This document shows, in pieces, positions 27,731-37,907 of a stretch of 64,000 nucleotides of DNA; the first letter of the stretch is position 1, and each line of letters begins with the position of its first letter. Source of the DNA: an uncultured bacterium (GTDB lineage Bacteria; Omnitrophota; Gorgyraeia; Zapsychrales; Aceulaceae); contig CALGLP010000011.1 in the NCBI GenBank assembly GCA_937930175.1, positions 28,776 through 92,775 on the forward strand, in the 5' to 3' direction. A program made the translations under genes and the position numbers. Under the pieces are notes generated by a model that was not told where the DNA came from, made no database searches, and saw only the letters and a list, made by a program, of their open reading frames with translations.

Positions 27731-30175
27731 TTAAACAGCTACATCTAGAAATTCCGCCAAGAGCTCAAAGGCAGAAACCCATCGCTCACTCTGGGGGTCC
27801 TTTTCTTGCGCTTTTTTCTTTATCTGCGCATAATATTTAAGTTTTAATTCAAAAAAGGTTTTTTGCGCCTTCCATAAATTAACCTGAAAATTTAATGTCT
27901 TTAAAATGTTTAAGAGAGAAACAATATTTTCAATAAAAATCACATTCTCATGATCTCTTCCAAGTTCCTCCATGAGCTTACTTACGCGGGCAGTCGCAAC
28001 AAAGCTTACCCCTTCTTTATCTCGCGAAAAAGACCATCGCTTAAGTTCCCAAGCCAAGACCTGGATACGCTTTAAATTTAATGGTTCCCGCTGGATTTCA
28101 GCGCACATTTCATGGCTTAAAACAAATTCCACGACGGTAGAAAGAACTTTTGGCAAACGTACCGGAAGCTCCTTCTGAAGCTGCATCAAAGGATAATGCT
28201 GCTCATAGATATCCATGAATGACTTTTCAATTTGCTCCATCGTTGCCTTCAAAACCTCATCCAAGATTTTCTGCTGCTCATTGCGGAACAAATGCTGGAT
28301 CGTATAATTTTCATGCCCAAAGTAGCGGTCAATTAAACGGGTTACTTCTGGTATCTTTTTCGCTTCAAAAGCATCCAGAATCTCTTTCTCAGCCTTAGTA
28401 TATTCTGTCAAAGACATGCGCTCAATGCCACGGATCATATTATGATTACCCATATGGAAACCAACAAAAAAAACTGGCGTTTTTTCCAGAGTAATATTCG
28501 AGCGAACCGATCCTCGACCGATGCAAAGCTTTAAACGATTCGCTTCTTTTTTCTTATATTCATCCTTGATAATGTTGTAACAATAAACCTTAGTCTCCTT
28601 GGGATATTCTTCAAACAACGACGATACCGCATAATGCACCCCGACCCTCACCAGATCCACCACCGAAGGACGAACAAGACTTATATAAATATCTTGACCA
28701 TCTTTGTATTCTTCTTCATTGCTATTGGCCTTGGCCAAGATCTCAAGAAAATTCTTTTCCAGATCAATTCCGTCGAGCTCTCCTATAAGCTGAATAACGC
28801 GAGCCGCATACTTAAGAACCTGAACAGGCTCAATACGGGAAAGCTCATCAAAAAACCATCCACAGCTTGTGTACATAAGCTGCATATTGCGCTGCATTTC
28901 CAAAAGCTTCAGAATCTTTATCTTTTCTGCTTCACCCACAGATTTCTGAATCTGCTCGGCCATAAAGAGTCCTATGGTTTTCTCATTGCGCATCAAGATT
29001 ACATCAATATAGGCATTGCGCACAGCCCAAACATCCTTGGCGTACGGGCTCATCTGCTGGATATATGTTTTATTCGCTTCCTCGCTTAGCCAATCAAGAG
29101 ACGCACGCAACGGAGCGCGCCATTTTTGATTCCACTTAGGGTTAGTCCCGAGACAACAGCCACAATCCCCACGCCATCGCTCAATGCCATGGGAGCAACT
29201 CCAAGAGGTATTTTCAAAGATCTGAACTTCTTCTTGCGGAGGAAATTTCTCCAAGTATTCACCATAAATCGTGATCGTCGCCAAATTTTCTGTTTCGATC
29301 TTATGCAGGGCATACGCTAAAGCCATATCGGCAAATTGATGATGATGGCCATAGGTCTCTCCATCGGTTGCGATATGCACCAGTTGTCGCTCCTGACCGT
29401 TATGATAATCAAAACCGCCCAAAAGTCTTCGCGCAAAATCATCTCCACTTTTTAATAATCCTTCAAACGCCACAGAACGCGACATCGGCCCATCATAAAA
29501 AAAGATCACAATGCTTTTTCCTGTTGGAAGTTGACAAAGATATGGCTTTTTAGGATCAATCCTCTGGCCACTGACATCATACCAATCAGAGCTTGTCAAG
29601 GGCTTGACGCTTTTGGCCTGATGCGGGGCTAGAATTGTAAATTTAATCCCGTATTCCGCCATGATGCCAAGGCTCTCTAAATCAACTGCTGTTTCCGCAA
29701 GCCACATCCCTTCAGGTTTTCGTTTAAAACGATACTCAAAATCTCGAATCCCCCAATAAATCTGCGTACGCTTATCTCTGGGGCTAGCCAAAGGCAAAAT
29801 GATATGGTTATAAACCTGCGCGAGGGCTGAGCCATGACCCGAAAACTTCTCCTGGCTAAGCTGATCTGCCTTTAAAATATCCGCGTAAACCTCAGGATCT
29901 TTTCTCTCCATCCAAGACAACAATGTCGGCCCAAAATTAAAACTTATCTTGGCGTAATTATTAACGATCTTAACAATTCTTTTTTGAGCGTTGAGAATGC
30001 GAGCGGCGGCATTACGAGAATAACACTCAGAAGTAATGCGCTCGTTCCAATCATGAAAAGGATATGCCCCGTCTTGGAGCTCAACCTCTTCAAGCCAAGG
30101 ATTTTCCCGAGGGGGTTGATAAAAATGACCGTGGATGCAAACAAATTTCTGCACGAGGACTTCCTTAGGTAACAC
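27731..30175 (-). CDS. Glycoside hydrolase family 57 protein with C-terminal DUF3536-like extension
   Basis: N-terminal CIHGHFYQPPRENPW GH57 signature; 814 aa. Confidence 0.7.
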   Translation of the reverse strand: MLPKEVLVQKFVCIHGHFYQPPRENPWLEEVELQDGAYPFHDWNERITSECYSRNAAARILNAQKRIVKIVNNYAKISFNFGPTLLSWMERKDPEVYADILKADQLSQEKFSGHGSALAQVYNHIILPLASPRDKRTQIYWGIRDFEYRFKRKPEGMWLAETAVDLESLGIMAEYGIKFTILAPHQAKSVKPLTSSDWYDVSGQRIDPKKPYLCQLPTGKSIVIFFYDGPMSRSVAFEGLLKSGDDFARRLLGGFDYHNGQERQLVHIATDGETYGHHHQFADMALAYALHKIETENLATITIYGEYLEKFPPQEEVQIFENTSWSCSHGIERWRGDCGCCLGTNPKWNQKWRAPLRASLDWLSEEANKTYIQQMSPYAKDVWAVRNAYIDVILMRNEKTIGLFMAEQIQKSVGEAEKIKILKLLEMQRNMQLMYTSCGWFFDELSRIEPVQVLKYAARVIQLIGELDGIDLEKNFLEILAKANSNEEEYKDGQDIYISLVRPSVVDLVRVGVHYAVSSLFEEYPKETKVYCYNIIKDEYKKKEANRLKLCIGRGSVRSNITLEKTPVFFVGFHMGNHNMIRGIERMSLTEYTKAEKEILDAFEAKKIPEVTRLIDRYFGHENYTIQHLFRNEQQKILDEVLKATMEQIEKSFMDIYEQHYPLMQLQKELPVRLPKVLSTVVEFVLSHEMCAEIQREPLNLKRIQVLAWELKRWSFSRDKEGVSFVATARVSKLMEELGRDHENVIFIENIVSLLNILKTLNFQVNLWKAQKTFFELKLKYYAQIKKKAQEKDPQSERWVSAFELLAEFLDVAV

Positions 30176-30190
30176 TTTTAACAGCAGCGA

Positions 30191-30496
30191 TTAAAAAACT
30201 TTAAAATCAAATAGTTTCCGAAGCTGTGCGCTAACGCCGCCTGTTGATTTTTCAACTGCCTTACCAGAATAAAGACGACGATAGGCTTCAAGCTCCTTGG
30301 GGACAAGCGCAACATAATCCTCACAATGACGAGAAATGTAGGCAATTTTGTCCTCACGGGCAAGCCAGCCTAGAGCCTGAAGGACCACTTCTTCTTTTTC
30401 TCTCACAAGCTCAGCTAAAGATGAGATTTCAACCTCTTTCTTTTCACCCAAGATACGCCATGTTTTTCCTGCCGCCTCAATAATTTTTGCCTTCAT
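30191..30496 (-). CDS. Small hypothetical protein (possible winged-helix fold)
   Basis: 101 aa with no recognisable catalytic motif. It overlaps the glgB start by 20 nt, which suggests an operon. Confidence 0.3.
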   Translation of the reverse strand: MKAKIIEAAGKTWRILGEKKEVEISSLAELVREKEEVVLQALGWLAREDKIAYISRHCEDYVALVPKELEAYRRLYSGKAVEKSTGGVSAQLRKLFDFKVF

Positions 30497-32537
30497 CTTT
30501 TTTCTCCTGTTTTCTAACTGTATAGTTGGTCACCTCATACACATAGCTAACTTTATTTTCCTCTAAAGCATTCTCTTCGTCAAGAGCCTCAGATACAAAC
30601 TTATCAGTTTCTTTCTTTAAAAAAAGAATGCCTAACGGCGGCAACGTTAACGATAGCGATTGCGCAAATCCGTGTGACTTCACCACCTCTGTTTTCTTGC
30701 CACCAAAATTACCTTGTCCACTCCCACCATATTCTTTGCCGTCACTATTAAGAAGTTCTTTCCACAAACCCTGCGTCGGCACGCCGACACGATAACCAAA
30801 TCGCGTCTCTGGCGTAAAATTACAAATAATCACAATCTTATCGTCAGCTAAATCTCCCTGGCGCATAAAAATAATAATGCTTTTCTGCCAATCACCACCA
30901 TCGATCCATTGAAACCCCGAAGTCTGAAAATCATGCAAGAAAAGCGATGGTTCCTTTTTATATAAACCATTTAAATCTTGTGTCCATTTCTGAACACCCT
31001 GATGCGAAGCATATTGTAACAGATGCCAGTCCAAGCTTTTCTCATGGCTCCATTCAGAGCGCTGAGCAATTTCCCCTCCCATAAAAAGAAGCTTTTTGCC
31101 AGGATGCGCATACATATATCCCAAAAGTAAACGCAAGTTGGCAAACTTCTGCCAATCGTCGCCAGGCATGCGGTTGATGAGGGACCCCTTGCCATGCACC
31201 ACCTCATCATGAGAAAACGAAAGAACAAAATTTTCTGTAAAGGTATAAAGAAAACTAAATGTTAAATCATTATGATGATATTTACGATAAATCGGATCTT
31301 TAGAGAAATACACCAAGACATCATGCATCCACCCCATATTCCATTTCATTCCAAAACCCAATCCCCCGGCATACAAAGGCCGTGAAACTCCCGACCACGC
31401 CGTAGATTCTTCGGCGATCATCTGGACATCGGGAAAACAGGCATAGACGGTTTTATTTAACTCTTTTAAAAACTCAATCGCCTCAATATTTTCTTTTCCT
31501 CCATAACGATTGGGCACCCACTCCCCATCATAACGAGAATAATTGAGATAAAGCATCGAGGCAACCGCGTCAACGCGCAGGCCATCAATATGATATTTGT
31601 CTAACCAAAAAAGAGCGCTCGAGATCAAAAACGCACCTACTTCTTTTCGTCCGTGATCAAAAATATAGCTTTTCCAATCCGGATGAAACCCTTTTTTGGG
31701 ATCCGCATGCTCATAAAGATGCGTGCCATCAAAATAGACAAGCCCGTGGATATCCGAAGGAAAGTGCGATGGAACCCAATCTAAGATGACACCAATCCCG
31801 TTTTGATGCAAAGCATCCACAAGATACATAAAATCTTCCGGCATTCCATACCGCGAGGTTGGCGCGAAATAACCAAGAGTTTGATAACCCCACGAGCCAT
31901 AAAAAGGATGCTCCATCATAGGCAAAAACTCAACATGTGTAAAACCCATGCCGGTAATATATTGAACCAGCTGCTGCGCTGCTTCGCGATAAGTGAGCGA
32001 CCGATTCCCTTCTTCGATCACGCGACGCCATGACCCAAAATGCATTTCATAGGTCGCCATTGGAGCTTTAAGGCTATTAGCCTGATGACGGTTTTTCATC
32101 CATTCCTGATCCGCCCAGGAATACTGGAAATCCCAGACAACGGACGCTGTTTTAGGTGGAAGCTCTGTGTGAAAAGCAAAAGGGTCTGCTTTATCCGCAC
32201 GATAATTATTGTACTTGGAAACAACGTGATATTTATAAACAGTGCCTCGTTCAAGCCCGGGAATAAAACCTTCCCAGAGACCCGAAGAATCCCAACGGAT
32301 GCTCAAGGGGTGAGCTGTCTTGTTCCATTGATTAAAATCACCTAAGACCGAAACGGCCTGGGCGTTGGGAGCCCAAACAGAAAAATAAACGCCTTGCTGG
32401 CCTTCATGGGTTATGACATGCGACCCTAATTTTTCATAAAGTCGATAATGTGTGCCTTCTTTGAACAGATGGGTATCTTGCTCTGTCAACAAGGAAACCC
32501 CATGGATGATTTCACTTTTCTCGGAGTTCATGCCCAA
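30477..32537 (-). CDS. glgB: 1,4-alpha-glucan branching enzyme (GH13)
   Basis: VWAPNAQAVSVLGDFNQWN (CBM48), then GH13 catalytic regions (GFTHVEFLPMMEHPFYGSWGYQ, GIGVILDWVPSHF). Confidence 0.9.
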   Translation of the reverse strand: MGMNSEKSEIIHGVSLLTEQDTHLFKEGTHYRLYEKLGSHVITHEGQQGVYFSVWAPNAQAVSVLGDFNQWNKTAHPLSIRWDSSGLWEGFIPGLERGTVYKYHVVSKYNNYRADKADPFAFHTELPPKTASVVWDFQYSWADQEWMKNRHQANSLKAPMATYEMHFGSWRRVIEEGNRSLTYREAAQQLVQYITGMGFTHVEFLPMMEHPFYGSWGYQTLGYFAPTSRYGMPEDFMYLVDALHQNGIGVILDWVPSHFPSDIHGLVYFDGTHLYEHADPKKGFHPDWKSYIFDHGRKEVGAFLISSALFWLDKYHIDGLRVDAVASMLYLNYSRYDGEWVPNRYGGKENIEAIEFLKELNKTVYACFPDVQMIAEESTAWSGVSRPLYAGGLGFGMKWNMGWMHDVLVYFSKDPIYRKYHHNDLTFSFLYTFTENFVLSFSHDEVVHGKGSLINRMPGDDWQKFANLRLLLGYMYAHPGKKLLFMGGEIAQRSEWSHEKSLDWHLLQYASHQGVQKWTQDLNGLYKKEPSLFLHDFQTSGFQWIDGGDWQKSIIIFMRQGDLADDKIVIICNFTPETRFGYRVGVPTQGLWKELLNSDGKEYGGSGQGNFGGKKTEVVKSHGFAQSLSLTLPPLGILFLKKETDKFVSEALDEENALEENKVSYVYEVTNYTVRKQEKKDEGKNY

Positions 32538-32683
32538 AACAAAAACCTTCTCTCTGTCTTATCTATTGTTATTTCAAGTTGTTGCATCTCTTTTCAAAGA
32601 AGCGTTGCTATTTTATCTAAAATTCTACTCTTTTTCCATGTTATTTTTCGCTAAAAACATATTTATGTTTTTTAAAAAATGTT

Positions 32684-32689
32684 ATAATA
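32684..32689 (+). promoter_or_regulatory. TATAAT -10 element ending 6 nt before the GTG start of the ROK kinase gene; possible leaderless start
   Basis: tgttataat at 32681-32689, GTG at 32696, and no SD. Confidence 0.25.
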
Positions 32690-32695
32690 CGTTTT

Positions 32696-33652
32696 GTGAA
32701 AAATAAATATTATATCGGCATTGATATCGGTGGAACAAAAATCTCTGGAGCCCTGATAAACCCCAGAGGTGCAATCCTCTTGCGCACCAAAGTCCCCTCC
32801 TCCAAGAATGCCAAGTCCCAAGACCTAGTCAACACGATTATTGATCTCATTGAAGAACTTTTAGACACATCCTCTTTGAAAAAAACTTCCCTTGCTGGCA
32901 TTGGCATAGGAATTCCTGGCCTCGTTGATAGCACAAAACGAAAAGTGATTAAAACGCCCAACATCAGTCTTTCTGGAATTGCGCTGGCATCCCTTATCGA
33001 AAAAAGATTTAAAACAAAAGTCCTTCTCGAAAATGATGTCAACTTAGGGACCCTTGGTGAGAAAACCTTTGGGGCTGCCAAGCGTGCCCACCATGTCATT
33101 GGCTTATTCCCTGGAACAGGCATTGGGGGCGGAATTATTATCAACGATCGACTGATCAGCGGCGCTAATGGGGCGGCAGGAGAAATCGGGCATATGATCA
33201 TGGATATCCATGGCCCTCTTTGTGGATGTGGACATGCTGGATGCCTCGAATCCTTGGCAAGCCGATGGGCCGTTGAACGCGATATCCGTCAAGCCATCAG
33301 GCAACACAAGAAAACACTAATCAAAAAACTAACGAAAAATAAACTTACCACCATCAAAAGCGGCATTCTCAAAGAAGCCCTAAAGAAAAAGGATCCCTTA
33401 GTAACTAAAGTGATGGCAGAAAAATCAGAAATCCTAGGATTAGCGTGTATTAACTTGCGTCGTTTTCTTGACCCTGAAATGATCGTTCTCGGAGGAGGTT
33501 TGATCGAAGCCTGTGGATATTTTATGCTGCCCATTATTCGCAAAATAGTTCAGGCGGACCGCTTCTTTAAAAAATTAAAACCTTGCCTCATTGTTTCCTC
33601 AAGGCTTGGGGATGATGCTGTCCTGCTGGGAGCCCTGGCACTTTTTCAATAA
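32696..33652 (+). CDS. ROK-family sugar kinase (glucokinase-like)
   Basis: IGIDIGGTKISGAL N-terminal ATPase motif and ROK Cys/His zinc motif (HGPLCGCGHAGCLE). Confidence 0.8.
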   Translation: MKNKYYIGIDIGGTKISGALINPRGAILLRTKVPSSKNAKSQDLVNTIIDLIEELLDTSSLKKTSLAGIGIGIPGLVDSTKRKVIKTPNISLSGIALASLIEKRFKTKVLLENDVNLGTLGEKTFGAAKRAHHVIGLFPGTGIGGGIIINDRLISGANGAAGEIGHMIMDIHGPLCGCGHAGCLESLASRWAVERDIRQAIRQHKKTLIKKLTKNKLTTIKSGILKEALKKKDPLVTKVMAEKSEILGLACINLRRFLDPEMIVLGGGLIEACGYFMLPIIRKIVQADRFFKKLKPCLIVSSRLGDDAVLLGALALFQ

Positions 33653-33653
33653 T

Positions 33654-34985
33654 CTACCCTACTTTTCTTTTAAAAAAGATTTCTTTTTTGAAGAACTTCT
33701 TAAAAAAATCCGCCTTTTCATAGCACGCCTTGATTTCAGCCTCAATATCGCCAGTAGAAATGATCTCCATCTTTAGCCCTTGCGCATCCACCATACATTG
33801 AACCTCCTGGACCAAATGCTGATGTGTTGCGTCAAGACCATCCGCAATCCGCAACAAAGAGGCCAAGAGATGAACGCTTTTTCTTTTCTCTTTCGAAAGA
33901 GAACCATAAAGCTTGTGCCCTAATGACGGCAAAGAGCGTCGATGATATCTGGCCAGCAAAGCAACGATCACTTTGTCCTCATCCCTCAAAGACAAATCCG
34001 CTGCACGAAAGATGAGATCTCGACTTGTTTTATGATGACGGTTCCCACCCTCAACCCAGCCAATATCATGCAAAAGCGCACCACACCTTAATAAAAACTT
34101 CTCTTCATCGCCAAGCTGATGAAGGCTCATAAGGGCATCAAAAAGCATAAGCGAAAGTCTGCACACTTGATGGGCGTGTGCCTGATCATATTGGCAAGAT
34201 TCGGCTAAGCTCAAAACCTCTTTTAAGATCTTTTCCTCTTGTCGCTGAACCTTTTCCTGCGCAAGAGTGTCCACGCTTTGTCCAAGCCGAATCGAATCCA
34301 TAAGAATGGACGGAAACCCGTCTTTATGCATTTGAACTAAGTTCTTTTCCACAGGATAATCAACACGATAATGCGTAGCGAGTAAAAAACCTTTTTCACC
34401 CTCGAGCATCACATAGGAAGCCCTTGGATCACCATCAAAAGACCGGCCAACACTTCCAGGATTGATGAAGCGTACTCCGTTAATTTCGCGATCAAAAAAT
34501 CCATGAGAATGCCCGCAAAGAACTGCTTGAGCCTTAACGCTGCGTGCTAATTCCGCCAAGCGCTCACACGACGTATTCATGCTTAGGCCTTCGTCAATCC
34601 TCGCAGGACTTCCATGAACCAAAAGAAAACAAACACCTTCACGTTGTATTTCTAATTGTTCTGGTAATCTTTTTAAATAACGCTTATGCCACCATGAAAG
34701 ATGGCGGGTCGTCCATGCAAACGAAAAATATTTATCCTTGTTTTTATCTTTCTTCCACTTTTTCCCCTCCCGAGCAAAACAAAGAATTTTCTGATCATAA
34801 TTACCTAAAATACTTTTAGCTTTTAGTCGACGAAGAAGTGCAATAGTTTCATTAGGAAAAGGGCTATAGCCAACAGCATCACCTAAATTCCAAAACTCCT
34901 GCGCACCTTTGACCTTCGCGTCTTTGACAACCGCTTGAAGAGCAAAGAAATTCGCATGCACATCAGAAATCAGAGCGATTTTCAT
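33654..34985 (-). CDS. Calcineurin-like metallophosphoesterase fused to an HD-domain phosphohydrolase
   Basis: N-terminal ISDVHANF...GNYD..GHSH metallophosphoesterase motifs; C-terminal HD motif (LLHDIGW, HH). 4-nt overlap with the upstream CHAD gene. Confidence 0.7.
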   Translation of the reverse strand: MKIALISDVHANFFALQAVVKDAKVKGAQEFWNLGDAVGYSPFPNETIALLRRLKAKSILGNYDQKILCFAREGKKWKKDKNKDKYFSFAWTTRHLSWWHKRYLKRLPEQLEIQREGVCFLLVHGSPARIDEGLSMNTSCERLAELARSVKAQAVLCGHSHGFFDREINGVRFINPGSVGRSFDGDPRASYVMLEGEKGFLLATHYRVDYPVEKNLVQMHKDGFPSILMDSIRLGQSVDTLAQEKVQRQEEKILKEVLSLAESCQYDQAHAHQVCRLSLMLFDALMSLHQLGDEEKFLLRCGALLHDIGWVEGGNRHHKTSRDLIFRAADLSLRDEDKVIVALLARYHRRSLPSLGHKLYGSLSKEKRKSVHLLASLLRIADGLDATHQHLVQEVQCMVDAQGLKMEIISTGDIEAEIKACYEKADFFKKFFKKEIFFKRKVG

Positions 34986-35881
34986 CTTGGCCTCTTAATA
35001 AAGTCTTTTAATTTTCTCCAAAATTTCTGCTGATCGCTTCGCTTCCAGAGCGCCAAAAACTTTTGATACGCAGCAAAACGTTCTTTTGTAAAAAAATCGC
35101 AAAGATAATTAACGGCTGCAATCGTTTCTTTGTCAGCACCTTTCTTCTTTAGGCCTTTTAACGCACAAACAAGCATTTCCGCGTCGTGAAGCTCCCCTAG
35201 CGCGGTTTGCATCGCATAAACCGTATTGTAAAAATATTTTATTTGCGGCCCGAAAACGCGTTCAAAGCTCTCAAGCGTATAACGTAATTTCTTCCCTGCG
35301 ACACGCATGCGATGCAATTGTTTTCCATCCTTAGGATGCTCAACACAAGATCGAAACGCCATAAAACGCTTAAGCCGTTTTGTAATTTTCTGCTTCCCCA
35401 TGCTCTGAAGAGCTTTATCTTTTTCTGGATATGACAGACGCTGCCCAAACAAGCCAACAGCTTTTTTAAAAACCTCACTACGCTTTAAGTCCAAGAAAAT
35501 ACGCCTCACACATAACTGTTCTTGTGTGTGCACTTTTTGTAAGCCAAAAATAATCTTTTGAGCAGAAGCCTTGTGCAAAAAAGTAAACTCACGCATATGC
35601 TTCTTAAGAAGATCAATCCAAACATCCAAGTCCCTGCTCGCACCTAAAGCCTTGCCTGAGTGAGTGATTTTCTTATCCCAGGTTTTTATCTGCTGAAGAT
35701 TTAAGACATCGTGAAAAAGAGTAACGAGGTTGTGAATGCGTCTCAGGGAAACGCGGGAACGGTGGAGGTGTTCAGCAGAAGATTTTTTGGAAAACGCACA
35801 AACGTATTTTGAGAGCTCCGTAATGTTCTCGCCGATCACGGCACAAGCGTAATGACGGCAGATTGTCTTTTTATCCACCAT
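34982..35881 (-). CDS. CHAD-domain protein (polyphosphate-granule-associated type)
   Basis: HRMRVAGKKLRYTLE and paired basic helices typical of CHAD. It overlaps ppk1 by 11 nt. Confidence 0.65.
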   Translation of the reverse strand: MVDKKTICRHYACAVIGENITELSKYVCAFSKKSSAEHLHRSRVSLRRIHNLVTLFHDVLNLQQIKTWDKKITHSGKALGASRDLDVWIDLLKKHMREFTFLHKASAQKIIFGLQKVHTQEQLCVRRIFLDLKRSEVFKKAVGLFGQRLSYPEKDKALQSMGKQKITKRLKRFMAFRSCVEHPKDGKQLHRMRVAGKKLRYTLESFERVFGPQIKYFYNTVYAMQTALGELHDAEMLVCALKGLKKKGADKETIAAVNYLCDFFTKERFAAYQKFLALWKRSDQQKFWRKLKDFIKRPR

Positions 35882-37907
35882 ATGAGCGGATGAGATGATC
35901 TTGGATGTTAAACTTTTCTTTGGTCTCTTTGGGCCGGACGTAAACTTCCTTCGAGGTCAAAATGCGCGTTTTCACATTGTCGCGCCAATAGGCATTCAAC
36001 TGATCCGCCATCTGCTCCTTAATATCCTGTTTATAAATTTCAAAAAGGAGCTCGATGCGTTTATCAAAATTTCTTCGCATCCAATCTGCCGAAGATAAGA
36101 AAATACGATCATCGGAGTTATTGTGAAAAAGAAAAATACGGGTGTGCTCTAGAAATCGGCCCACAATACTTTTGACTTCAATATTTTCACTTAACCCATC
36201 GACACCAGGGATCAGGCAACAAATCCCGCGCACCAAAAGCTTGATCTTAACCCCCGCACACGAGGCCTCATAAAGCTTTTGAATCATTTTGGGATCTTCA
36301 AGCGAATTCATTTTGGCAAAAATAAGCCCGTTACGATGTTTTTTCTGATGCTCGATTTCACGATCAATCAATTCAAAAAAATACTGCCGCAAATCATAAG
36401 GAGCCGAAACGATCCTCTGCCAACGCGAAGGCAGCGAATAACCCGTAATAACATTAAACACGTCAGAAATATCCCTACCGAAATCATCATTGGCTGTAAA
36501 ATATCCCATATCGGTATAAATGCGCGCAGTCTTTTCGTTATAATTTCCCGTAGCCAAATGAACATACCGACGGATACGCCCTTCTTCTTTGCGCACCACA
36601 AGAGTCATTTTAGAATGGATTTTCATCCCCGCAATGCCATAGATCACATGACAGCCAGCTTCCTCGAGCTCTTTAGACCAGTTGATATTACGCTCTTCAT
36701 CAAAACGAGCCTTAATCTCCACAAGCACGGTAACCTGCTTTTTGTTGCGCGCAGCATCTTTGAGAGCCTGAATGATCGCAGAATCTTCATTAGTGCGATA
36801 AAGCGTCATCTTGATAGCTAAAACATCCTTATCGTGGGCAGCGGCATGGATCAAATCCACCGTAGGTTGAAACGATTGGAAAGGAAGGTGAATAAAAAAA
36901 TCGCCTTCATTCATGCGGTCAAAAATATTTTCATATTCAATTTTTTTGGGAAGATAACCCGGAAAGAAAAGTTTTGGCGTGTTCACTTGGGCCACAAGTT
37001 CAAAAAGATAACTTAAATCTAGATCTCCATCAATATACGTTGCTTCTTCTTGACGAAATCCTAGGATTTTACACAGATACTCTAAAAGTTCTTCATTATG
37101 CGTTTTCTCAACCTCCAGATGAACAACCTTGGCCTTAGGACGTTTACGCACCTCAGCGGCAATGGCTTTTAAAAGATCTGCGGAATACTCTTCCTCGCCA
37201 GACATCTCGCTGTCACGCATCAGACGAAACGTAAAATGCGCCACCATATCAAAGCCATTAAAAAACTTCGCAATGTGCTCCTTGATAAGATTCTCCACGA
37301 GAATAAACGTGACCTCGTCTTTCTCAGACGGAAGACGAATCAGGCGGGGAAGATTTTTTGGGATTGGAATAATCGCAAAATAGGATTCATCGTTTCGCTT
37401 AAGCAAAACCGCCAAAGCCAGAGTCCTTGACGGCAAAACCGGAAAAGGACGACCCGCGTCAACTGCCATAGGGGTCGCGATTGGGAAAATCGTGTTGTCA
37501 AAATAACGCTTGGCATATTTTTGCTGATCCCCAGTGAGCTCAGAGAAGACACGAATAGAGATCTCTTTCTTAGCCAACTCCTTACGAATCGTTTCCTGAT
37601 ACACGTGATATAAATCTTTTAAAAGCTTTTCTGTGCCTTTTTTGATCTTGTCCGCCACATCCTGAGGATAAAACCCATGCGGATCCTTTTTATTATATTG
37701 AGAATCGATCAAGCGCTTGAGGCCGGCCACGCGAACCATAAAAAACTCATCAAGATTATTAACAAAAATCGCCAAAAAACGGACCTGCTCTAGCAAAGGA
37801 TTATTAGGATCCATCGCCTCTTCTAGAACACGCTCGTTAAACATAAGCCAGCTAATATCGCGATGGATAAAACGTTCGTTGGATTTTATTTCTTTAGATT
37901 CCATCAT
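35871..37907 (-). CDS. ppk: Polyphosphate kinase 1
   Basis: N-terminal RFIHRDISWLMFNERVLEEA, PLD-like HxK repeats (MKIHSKMTLV) and 678-aa length. Confidence 0.9.
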   Translation of the reverse strand: MMESKEIKSNERFIHRDISWLMFNERVLEEAMDPNNPLLEQVRFLAIFVNNLDEFFMVRVAGLKRLIDSQYNKKDPHGFYPQDVADKIKKGTEKLLKDLYHVYQETIRKELAKKEISIRVFSELTGDQQKYAKRYFDNTIFPIATPMAVDAGRPFPVLPSRTLALAVLLKRNDESYFAIIPIPKNLPRLIRLPSEKDEVTFILVENLIKEHIAKFFNGFDMVAHFTFRLMRDSEMSGEEEYSADLLKAIAAEVRKRPKAKVVHLEVEKTHNEELLEYLCKILGFRQEEATYIDGDLDLSYLFELVAQVNTPKLFFPGYLPKKIEYENIFDRMNEGDFFIHLPFQSFQPTVDLIHAAAHDKDVLAIKMTLYRTNEDSAIIQALKDAARNKKQVTVLVEIKARFDEERNINWSKELEEAGCHVIYGIAGMKIHSKMTLVVRKEEGRIRRYVHLATGNYNEKTARIYTDMGYFTANDDFGRDISDVFNVITGYSLPSRWQRIVSAPYDLRQYFFELIDREIEHQKKHRNGLIFAKMNSLEDPKMIQKLYEASCAGVKIKLLVRGICCLIPGVDGLSENIEVKSIVGRFLEHTRIFLFHNNSDDRIFLSSADWMRRNFDKRIELLFEIYKQDIKEQMADQLNAYWRDNVKTRILTSKEVYVRPKETKEKFNIQDHLIRSYGG

